Source: Eledone cirrhosa (taxonomy: Eukaryota). From it: 64,000 nt of DNA. The number at the start of each line of letters is the position of its first letter. Within the stretch, counting starts at the first letter, position 1. The notes below the pieces were generated by a model. It was not told where the DNA came from. It did not search any database and saw only the letters and a program-made list of their open reading frames with translations. This document shows, one piece after another, positions 54,535-63,640 of this stretch. The translations under genes were made by a program, and so were the position numbers. Location of the stretch: contig OZ024743.1 in NCBI GenBank assembly GCA_964016885.1, positions 177,444,001-177,508,000 of the forward strand, read 5' to 3'.

Positions 54535-54535
<1 letters not shown>
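51007..54535 (+). mobile_element. R4/Dong-clade RT-RLE retrotransposon copy 2, decayed
   Basis: Same family and same start as copy 1. It retains the RT core (WIDYKKAFDS, GIFQGDSLSPLLF, HLFYMDDLKL), CRVC..., RHD and the RLE, has a deletion of about 275 bp at about 51352, and ends in a long (AAT)n. Confidence 0.92.

Positions 54536-54596
<61 letters not shown>
54536..54596. repeat. (AAT)n tract, about 20 units
   Basis: Pure taataataa... run. Confidence 0.97.
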
Positions 54597-54600
<4 letters not shown>

Positions 54601-54937
54601 CAATACCAGTGGTTGTAGGCGCTCTATGATGATACCTAAAACAATACCAGTGGTTGTAGGCGCTCTAGGAATGATACCTAAGGGGTCTAATGATTACTTA
54701 TCGCAAATCCCAGGAAACCCGCGTATAGGAGAAATACAAAAGATAATACTAATGGGAACTTCCCATATACTAAGGAAGATTCTGTCAATATAAGTATATC
54801 ACAAGTCTAAACACCTAAAGATGCGTGTGTGAGTATGTATCTTCTTTCTTGAACATGGCGGACCTTGTTGTCTCTTGAGGTCACTGGTTGTGACTTGGTG
54901 ATAACTCGTATGAACATAAAGCAAGATAAATGCAGCT

Positions 54938-54938
<1 letters not shown>
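54597..54938 (+). mobile_element. 5'-truncated Dong copy 3 (RLE C-terminus and 3' UTR)
   Basis: Near-identical to 54235-54535, with a 41-bp tandem duplication at its 5' end; followed by (AAT)n 54939-54976. Confidence 0.9.
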
Positions 54939-54976
<38 letters not shown>

Positions 54977-55240
54977 GCTGAAAAATATTTGGGCCAGATA
55001 TCTGGAAAGCTATATCTGCAAGAGATATAGCAAATAGTGCTGACTGGCACAGTCCATGTCCTTAGAAGGGCATTATCAATTTAAATACCTTGCAAATACA
55101 TTTATTGTTTTTATGTCTTTATTGTATCATTTATATAACAGTTGATTGTTAAATATATGTATTACCAAATGTTGTCTCAGGTGTCAGGTTGACACTCGGG
55201 AATGATTTGGGAAAGAAGCAGAATTCAAAGGAAGTTTCAA
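54977..55240 (+). mobile_element. 3' fragment of a second Dong-like family
   Basis: Translates as AEKYLGQISGKLYLQEI*QIVLTGTVHVLRRALSI*, homologous to the Dong C-terminus IQKIVLMGTAHILRKILSI*. Bounded by AAT tracts. Confidence 0.75.
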
Positions 55241-55257
55241 ATAATGATAATAATAAT

Positions 55258-55375
55258 TGTTTCTACTTTTGGCACAAGGCCAGCAATTATCCCAGTGCAT
55301 TACTGGTACTTTATTTTATTGACCTCGTAAGGATGACAGGCAAACTTAACCTCGGCGGGATTTGAACTCAGACTG
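55258..55375 (-). mobile_element. tRNA-derived SINE, 5'-truncated
   Basis: Minus strand has a B-box-like GAGTTCAAATCC, a central TTTGCC..CATCC..GGTC.ATAAAATAAAGTACCAG domain (resembling the Meta/MESC-type domain, from memory) and the tail CCTTGTGCCAAAAGTAGAAACA(ATT)n. Confidence 0.8.
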
Positions 55376-55392
55376 TAAATAATAATAATAAT

Positions 55393-55570
55393 TGTTTCTA
55401 CTTTTGGCACAAGGCCAGCAATTATCTGAGTGTATTACTGATACTTTATTTTATGGACCCCATAAGGATGAAAGGCAAAGTTAACCTCGGCGGGATTTGA
55501 ACTCAGAATAGAAAGGGCCGTAACTCTATGCTGCAAAGCATGGCGTCAGACCCTCTAACGATTCTGACAA
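55393..55570 (-). mobile_element. tRNA-derived SINE, same family
   Basis: Same tail, central domain and B-box as 55258-55375, with a longer 5' part containing an A-box-like segment; head-to-tail with the previous copy through an AAT tract. Confidence 0.8.
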
Positions 55571-55748
55571 GTCAATGATCATAATCCTTTCTAACATCAA
55601 AATTATAATTTGTATCATAATAATAATAACATCAACAATAACACTCCTCAGTTTTTTTTTAATTGTTTTTCTTTCGTTTTAAAAAAATACCCAGTAGAGA
55701 TATCGTGCTTCATTGATAAACCGATTTTTTTAAATAGATGCAGTTAAC

Positions 55749-56141
55749 TCAATGTGAACTGCTAGAATCGCTTTTATCCACGAGTAGTTTATTTAAAAAG
55801 AGAGAATTCGTATTAAGATTGATATATTTAGATCCTGAAGAGCTGTTCTGTATCTTTTTCATTGGAATATAGTTTACACCTTGTGATGATTTTCGAAGAC
55901 TTTTGCAAAGCGGACTTTTTGAAGAGACATCATTTTCATAACTATTAACATTGGAGTTGTTGGATGAGAGCAAAGGAACATTTGTAAGTGAAAGAGAGAA
56001 AGAAGTAGCGTTATAATTGTCGTAATCTTCATTTTCTTGTTCTTGCTCTTGTTCAATATCTTGTTGCTGTTGCTCATTCAAATTATCTTCTTTTTCAATT
56101 AAGTCTTGTTTCAGTTGCTGTTCTTGCTGTTCTTTCTGTTG

Positions 56142-56195
<54 letters not shown>

Positions 56196-57008
56196 TTCTT
56201 GCTGTTGTAGCTGCGACTGTAATCCCTGTTGTTGACAGTTTGTTTCATCGTGACGATTGTGAAAATCATAAGGCTTAATGACATTATTGGGTTGTTTCAG
56301 CTGTAGAAGTCTGGGGAATTGCTTGTGTTGGTGATGAATTTTGTTATTGTTATTGTTGGTTTTAATGCTGTTACTGCTATTGCTGCTGCCACTACTGTCA
56401 TGACTTATTTGTTGCTCTTGTTGATTTGATTGATTGAGGCTGTCTTGAAGTTGAGGTTGAGGTTGAAGATGATGATGATGAGAGGTGGGATTTGAAGAAG
56501 GGATGGGATTAGGATGTGAATTTGTATGAGGGTGAGGATGATGATTATGGTAATGTAGAGGGAGAAGTAAGTTTTCCTCAGCATTGGTGTCTCTTTGAGT
56601 TTCAGTATTATCTTTTCTGGAATCAAACTGAGATTTATTCTCATTCTTAGGAATTGATGATTCTTGGTTCATATACAAATAATTTATATAAGAACGTATT
56701 CCAGGAACATAGCGATTACCTTTACGGTTACACGTGTTTGTGTTAATATCTTGAGATGTCTGTTTAGCAGTTTTCTTGTAGGTGTCAACTGAGCCAGATT
56801 TCTGCTCATTATTGTCATTATTGATCTCTCTATCTGATGAATTGTTCTCAGACATTTCAGATATTGATTCAGAAATCAAAGACGAATAAGAACTTTTGTT
56901 GTCATCTCTTTTAGTTAAGGAGTTCTCTAGATTAGGAAGTTCGACAAACGTTTCTTTTGAAAGATTGTATTGAAATGTCGGTAACGTATATGTCGCTGTA
57001 TTCGGGTC
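55749..57008 (-). CDS. ALK: ALK/LTK-like receptor tyrosine kinase, terminal coding exon (419 aa plus stop; low-complexity, polyQ tail)
   Basis: Acceptor ttattttag|GAC at 57009; an open 1260-bp frame in phase 0 continuing into ORF 55749-56879. It starts DPNTATYTLP, comparable to DPDVINTALP at the start of the last human ALK exon. Confidence 0.75.
56136..56195 (-). repeat. Coding polyglutamine tract Q20 including a pure (CAG)14
   Basis: Plus strand reads ctg(ttg)4(ctg)14ttg, in frame within the terminal exon. Confidence 0.9.
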
Positions 57009-57122
57009 CTAAAATAAATAAGAAACAGAAATTAATAATAATAATAATTGTTTCTACTTTTCTACTTTGTTTAAGGAGGAGGCTAGCCTGCTCTGTAATA
57101 TCCGTGGAGAGATAGAGAGATA

Positions 57123-57752
57123 GAGAGGAAACTGTGGCTCACATCGTATCCGAGTGTAAACATCTAGCTCAGACTCACTATCAAGGGTGGAGGCACGAGA
57201 TAATAGGAAAGGCGATTCACTGGCATTCATGCAAACTAAATAATTTACCACATTCTGAGAAGTGGTATCTTCATAAGCCAGAGTCTGTGGCAGAAAACGA
57301 TCGAGTGAAGGTGCTATGGGATTTCAGGATACAGACAAGAAATGTGAACACAATAGGTCTGACCTGGTAGTTTTTGACAAGGAAAATATCATGCCTGATT
57401 GTAGATGTATCCTGTCCGATTGACACAAGAGTGCAAGAAAAGGAGAGGGAGAAAATTAACCAATACCAAGTTTTAAAGTGGGAATTAAAAAGCATTTGGG
57501 ACTGTCATGGGATCAAGGTCGTTCCAATTGTCATAGGGGCATTAGGTATTTGGTACTATCTCAAAGAGTTTTCAAGGATGGTTAAAGAACATTAGTCCAT
57601 CCCACTTGTTTTGAACACTTCAAAAGGCATGTTTGTTGGGAACAGCAAGAACCCTCCTATACATCCTGAATATCTGAGGCTGCAGGTAGCGACTTGATGT
57701 TCATTTGAACAAACTTTCTTGTTAAATATCTTCAATGACTGAGACCCCAAGA
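57123..57752 (+). mobile_element. 3' fragment of a third Dong/R4-like family (intronic)
   Basis: ETVAHIVSEC, RHE, VLWDFRIQT, LIVDVSCPID..EKEREKINQYQVL, VPIVIGALG (CCHC and RLE region); ends in AAT repeats. Confidence 0.85.
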
Positions 57753-57812
57753 AAATAATAATAATGAAAATAATAAGATAAATGAAATGACAGTAATAAT
57801 AATATTAATAAT

Positions 57813-58641
57813 GTAAGACAAAAGCCAAACAGGAAAACTTGAAGGAAATTTCTAGACTGTGGCAAGAAATAACATTGCATGTGCAATACCTCAAACGAGC
57901 TTGGTAAGCTGATGTAGATGTGGAAATAAACCATCAGTGGATGCATACTACTGGTTTGAAAGCTGAAACAACAGGATTTAGCCTATCAGCTCAAGATCAG
58001 AATCTCATCTCCCGAAACTATCAAGCTAATGTCTTGCACAACGGGGCTGATACAGAGTGTAGATTCTGCAATGACATACTGGAAAGTATTGACCACTTTG
58101 TTGCAGGTTGCTCAGTCTTTGTTCCTAAAGAATATAAAACCAGGCATGACTGAGTTGGCCAATACTTACACTGGAGTATATGCCGTCACTATGATATCCT
58201 TCACCCTAAGAAATGGTATAGACACCACCCACAGACAGTCACTGAGAGAGAGAATGTTAACATCCTATAGGATTACGGGAGTAACTGATCAGATGTCGTC
58301 ATCAATGACCGAAGACAAAAAAACATGCTTGTTAATTGATACGATAATGCCTACTGATAAAAACATTTCAGCAAAAGAATTCTAGAAACTATCATACGAT
58401 GTGATAATTGAAAACCCAAATCATTCCGTTTGTTGTCGGTGCCATACGAATGATCAAGAAAGGCAGACAAATTCTTTGACCAGATCCCAGAGAAACCAGC
58501 TATATATGAGGTTCAAACGAATGTGCTGTCATAAACCGTTCACCTTCTCAGGAAGTTTCTCTTCATCTAATCTATACGTGTCTTAGGTCTCTTGTTGAGA
58601 CCCGACAGGAAGATTAAATAAAATGGAAATAAAAAAAACCC
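57813..58641 (+). mobile_element. 3' fragment of a fourth Dong/R4-like family (intronic, old)
   Basis: HQWMHTTGLKAETTGFSLSAQDQ, CRFC...IDHFVAGC, RHD, LLIDTIMPTDKNIS; ends in aataataat. Confidence 0.85.
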
Positions 58642-59505
58642 AATAATAATCTATATATTCATTAAATTGTTTCTCCACACGTAATCTTTAGTAAGAGGCG
58701 AAATATTTGTCTGCTCGGGTGAAGGAGAAGGGGGGTGAGGGGGAGAGGGAGAAGAAAAAGAAGGGTGAAGAAGGGTGAAGAAAGAAGATGAAGAAGGAAG
58801 AAGAGGACACTTTCTAACTTTGTAAATTATGCTGATACAGTTGGCAGAACAATGCACTATCAATGGATCCCAGTATCTAATTTGACGCCTCAAAACGTAA
58901 ATAAATGTTGCTTTTCATCTCTGTAATTTAGATTAAACGTGTAACCGTACAAACATCTTCAGGGCTGATCCTTATTTCCTTTTAAAAAAATACTTGAATA
59001 TTGATTATATCTCATTGAAGAAAATCTGTATGACATCATTATTTTATTCTTTTATTCTAATTTATGTGTTCAGCATTAAACGGTTTGATTATATTACTTC
59101 GGGATATGTTAAAAATAAAATGGAGGAAAAGAAGCGAATAAGTTTACATATTGATTTATTCTTAATTGCTGAAATAGAACAAAATGCTAGAATGGCATTA
59201 ACTCTAATATACTGCATGTGTTTTATTGATCCAATGAGAATATAAACCCTACTGCCTTAAACAAAACGAATACACATTGAACAGTGTTGCACTTGATATA
59301 CGAAACGAGTTGGTCGTGAATGGATCTATTTTGCTTGATTAATACTGACCTGGGGCTAAATAATAACAATACTAACATCCACAACAACAACAGTGTATAG
59401 CACCCTGGCAGAATCAATATTTTATAGTAGTATCATTGAAAGTTATAAACTAGCATTGGTTAACTGCAATAACTTAGAGTGTACAAACTTGATAAAATAA
59501 ATAAT

Positions 59506-59689
59506 TGTTTCTACTTTAGGCACAAGGCCATCAATTACTCAGTGCATTACTGGTACTTTATTTTATCGACCCCGTAAGGATGAAAGGCAAAGTCAACCTC
59601 GGCGGGATTTGAACTCAGATCGAGAAGGGACGTAACTATGCTTGAAAACATGGCGTCCGACCCTCTACCGATACTGCCAATCCACCGCC
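59506..59689 (-). mobile_element. tRNA-derived SINE with a 15-bp target-site duplication
   Basis: Same family as 55393; flanked by identical gataaaataaataat at 59491-59505 and 59690-59704. Confidence 0.88.
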
Positions 59690-59704
59690 GATAAAATAAA
59701 TAAT

Positions 59705-60068
59705 GGTTCTTGATTGAGACACAAGACAAACAAATGTAGGGAAGGGGCAAGTTGATTAAGTCGACTCCAGTACGTTACAGGTACTTTATTTTATCGACCA
59801 TGTAAGGATGAAGAGCAAAGCTAACTTCGGCGGAATGTGAAAATATTAATGGTTTCTGATTTAAGCACAAGGCCAACAGTTTAGGTAGAGAAGAAAGTTG
59901 ATTAAATCGACCCGAGAGGGTTACTGGTACTATATCTAATCGACCCCGTAAAGATTAAAAGCAAAGCTAACCTCGGCGTGATGGGAACTCAGCATGTAAA
60001 GAGTCGTAACTATATACCACAATTAATGTTGTTCGACACTCTATTCCGATTGTGCCACATCACCACCA
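59705..60068 (-). mobile_element. Two older related SINE copies (about 59705-59845 and about 59850-60068)
   Basis: They share the central domain and carry an extra gttgattaa.tcgac segment. The tail variant is CCTTGTGCTTAAATCAGAAACC-ATT. Confidence 0.75.
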
Positions 60069-60078
60069 TTATAATAAT

Positions 60079-60418
60079 TGTTTCTACTATTAGGCACAAG
60101 GCCAGCAATTACCCAGTACATAACTAGTACTTTATTTTATCGACCCCGTAATGATGAAAGGCAAAGTTAACCTCAGCAGGATTTGAACTCAGAATAGCAA
60201 GGGCCGTAACTCTATGGGTCAAAGCATAGCGTCCGACCCTCAACCGATACTGCCAATCCAATAATAATTGTTTCTACTTTTGGCACAAGGCCAGCAATTA
60301 TCCAGTGCATTACTGGTAATTTATTTTATCGACCCCGTAAGGATGAAAGGCAAAGTTAACCTCGGCGGAATTAGGGGCGTAACTCTTTGCGTCAAAGCAT
60401 GGCGTCCGACCCTCTACT
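60079..60418 (-). mobile_element. Two tandem SINE copies (60079-60259 and 60269-60418)
   Basis: Each starts on the plus strand with ataataattgtttctact..ggcacaaggccagcaatta and has the family central domain; they are joined by AAT repeats. Confidence 0.85.
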
Positions 60419-60559
60419 AATAATAATGATAATTAAATTTACTAATCAAACCTAAAAAAAGAACAACTAAACTAAATCATTAATCAGCTGGCTCTGTTAT
60501 CGACTTATTGCTGCAGTAATTAATATAAGCTTAATGCCATGTGAAGAATTAATTATAAT

Positions 60560-60770
60560 GGTTTCTGATTTAGGAAAAACGTCAATAATTTTGGGGAGGG
60601 GAAGTTGATTAAATTAACTCCAATGCGTTACAGGTACTTTATCTATAGATCATGTAAGGATGAAAGGCAAAGCTACCCTGGAGGTATTTGAACGCAGAAT
60701 GTAAGGGACCGTAATTCTAAGTCACAAAGCATGTTGCCTGACACTACCAATACTGCCAATCAACCGTTCT
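60560..60770 (-). mobile_element. Older SINE copy
   Basis: ggtttctgatttagg...gtaaggatgaaaggcaaag...atttgaac; diverged from the copies above. Confidence 0.7.
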
Positions 60771-60859
60771 TCATGAGAACAAATAATAGTGGCAGAGAAA
60801 ATATAATAATTTCTTTATTTTTCTTCACTAAAATTGTGTTTTTAAACAACTTTACTTAC

Positions 60860-60950
60860 CTCATAGCAATATTGAAGTTTCTGAACAATGGTTGAGAAAG
60901 AAGGTCTCATGTCTGGATTAGGGTCCCAAGTGCAGGTCATTATGTGGAAT
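60860..60950 (-). CDS. ALK: ALK/LTK-like kinase exon, subdomain XI (91 bp)
   Basis: AG|...|GTAAGT boundaries; translates (I)FHIMTCTWDPNPDMRPSFSTIVQKLQYCYE. Size and phase match the penultimate ALK exon as I recall it, and the frame joins both neighbouring exons. Confidence 0.85.
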
Positions 60951-61154
60951 CTGTGCATAAATAAATCAATAAATTAAAAAAAAATACAACAAACAATAGA
61001 ATCTCAGTGCAGACATGACTGTAAATGTGTATTTGTGCTTCAGTCACAACTGATCGTCTAATAAGTCATAGATGTAATTGCTTGGGTTCCAACTATATCA
61101 TATATACCAAACTTGTCACGTATTTGTGTCGTATATACATACACACACACGCGT

Positions 61155-61345
<191 letters not shown>

Positions 61346-61769
61346 ATCTTGTGCTATATTTGTGTCGCACATAAATATATATATATATATATATAGCAAT
61401 CTCTTGTAACATATTTCTGTTGCATATATATACCAATCTTGTAGCTTATTCGTCCGTTTGATGGCTTCTGTGTATTTTTCCTTGCATCTGTTGCCAAATA
61501 TGCGATGAAATTCGTGTTGTATATGTATATTTAAACTGTGTTGGTTTATGGTATAACTTCTGAAATACCTTCTATAAGAAATGAAAATGGATCGCTTACT
61601 CAGTTCAGTAGTAGGTAAATTGCTTGAATGCATTGTATCACACTCATCTTAATTTTCTTATCAATATTTATAATTTTGGTACATATACAGTAAATACAAA
61701 TAAATAGATATGTGTTGATGTTCTTTATCTTTTACTCAATGCCTCGTCTCTCTCACTCTCCCCATCTCT

Positions 61770-62075
61770 CATTATTATATACAAATTGGGGCCCACGCAC
61801 TAGCCATCCCGCGGCCTCAGTGGACAGAATAAGGAAGTCGTTTCCCGGGAGGATGGTGAGGGAGACGCGTTGGAAGAGGCATTCCATCTCACGAGGCTCA
61901 CACCTGTTCGTAGCCAACTCCATACCGATGGTGGTGAGTAAGGAGGTGGTACTAGCGCCAAGGACATCAGAAGTCTCGCCTCCCAGGGGCTTGACTGCAA
62001 ACCTGTCGGAGAGTGACCAATATTTGGAGAGTTTATCTTCCTCGGCCTTAAGTGCAGCAGAGCCTGCAGGTTGCC
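61770..62075 (-). mobile_element. 5'-truncated CRE-like (RLE) non-LTR retrotransposon 3' fragment
   Basis: AGSAALKAEEDKLSKY..L...F.V.PLGGET..VLG.....LL..IG..L......RE...LFQRVSLTIL.GN matches the C-terminal RLE pattern of CRE-like elements. It forms a GC-rich island in an AT-rich intron. Confidence 0.7.
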
Positions 62076-62385
62076 ACTGGAGAAAATATTTCCCACAATG
62101 TGATACCATTTTGCCATTATATACACTCATATATACATATGTGTGTATGTGTGTGAGCATGTATGTAAGTATGCATGTGTATATGTGTGTGTGTTACATT
62201 TGTCAGGGATGAAAGGACCATATAACGGAGAATAATCGATGTTCTTCGAATGGAAAGCCGCGAGCCTGATTATTAAAATAAACCTAAACCTATATACAAT
62301 ATATCCTTGAAATTGTCTATGCTCAAGTGATACATGAATAGCTCGTACAATAATATAAGGGATGTGAGATTCATTAAATGCTTAC

Positions 62386-62520
62386 ATAGATAGAGGGCAG
62401 TTCTCTGGTGAAGACAATCTCCCACCGTCCAAAACATATTGCATGACTTCTTGGTTGGCTTTCCCAGGGTAAGGGTCGCTGGCCATGGAAAATATTTCCC
62501 ACAACGTGATACCATAAGCC
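62386..62520 (-). CDS. ALK: ALK/LTK-like kinase exon, subdomains IX-X (135 bp)
   Basis: tcttttttag|G...AT|gtaagc boundaries; translates (W)AYGITLWEIFSMASDPYPGKANQEVMQYVLDGGRLSSPENCPLS, an insulin-receptor-superfamily kinase closest to the ALK WEIFSLGYMPYP..SNQEV....GGR..PP.NCP pattern. Upstream exons are not seen in the window. Confidence 0.88.
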
Positions 62521-62639
62521 CTAAAAAAGAAGAAAATACTATGTGCACAAGAAAGATTTACGTGAATAAAATATATAAAATGAACGACATTCAATGGTTT
62601 AAGTTGGAAGTCATTTACAATAAGAAATGATATCAGCTA

Positions 62640-62900
62640 TACTGTTCCTGTTGCTGATCCAATGACACGTGTATCAGTTGTTCAAACAACCGAACATCAT
62701 GCAAGTGGAATTAACTTGCACAGGGTTATGTATTCCATAGACATATGTATCCTAGATGTTGTATATGAGAGGATTCAGTGTGACGTCACAACGGTGTAAC
62801 TCCTTTTTGCCAGCTGAGTGGACTGGAGTAACATGAAATAAAATGTCTTGGGCATGAACATAACACGTCTCCAAAAATCCAACTCTAGGCCTTATCGTGT
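62640..62900 (-). mobile_element. Degraded CORE-type SINE
   Basis: Plus-strand cagctgagtggactggag..acatgaaataaaatgtcttg...aacataacac resembles the reverse complement of a CORE-SINE central region. Recognised from memory. Confidence 0.5.
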
Positions 62901-62944
62901 GTTGAACTAAGCCATATATCATTACTGTTATTTAGTGAATTGTC

Positions 62945-63025
62945 TGTTCAGATTATGCCGAGCTCAACTTGGCCTTTCATCCATTTCGGGTCTATAAACC
63001 AGTATCAGTCATGTACTAGGATCGA
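62945..63025 (+). mobile_element. Degraded SINE fragment (same central domain as the AAT-tailed SINEs, opposite strand)
   Basis: gccgagctcaacttggcctttcatccatttcgggtctataaa..agtatcag. Confidence 0.55.
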
Positions 63026-63399
63026 TTCTTCCTCTACATCTCTTTCTCACTTCCATTCACATCAAGAATCTTGCAAAACATAAGCATGTATATATGTATG
63101 TAAAAGGTAAACAGAAATAACAAAAACATAACTGCAGAGTACACGGAAGAAATATATTAGTTTAATACTTGAAATAGGAGAAAAAAAGTCATAACGTTTC
63201 GGACACTTTCAAATAATTTACCCTAATAACAAATGTTTTGATAATCCAATAGAGAAAGTTTGCTAAACATCAATTTTTCTACATGTAAATATCCTTTATA
63301 TATATAACAGGTGCGCTTTCCAGACCCCTTTTTTTTTATCATTTCCCTTATATTTACATATATATATATACCAATTATCATTATCATCATCATACATAT

Positions 63400-63444
63400 T
63401 TATCTCTCTCTCTCTCTCTCTGTAAATACACACACATACACACA

Positions 63445-63532
<88 letters not shown>

Positions 63533-63640
63533 TATATATATATACACACATATATATACACACACATATTTATATATATACACCGACATACACAGACACA
63601 CACACACGTATATATATATATATATGAGAGAAAGAGAGAT
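63400..63640. repeat. Compound (TC)/(CA)/(TA)n microsatellite
   Basis: Adjacent tctc, caca and long tata runs. Confidence 0.95.

Noticed and set aside
30771-55257. Target-site duplications for the LINE copies
   Set aside because: They cannot be defined because the flanks are the microsatellite itself.
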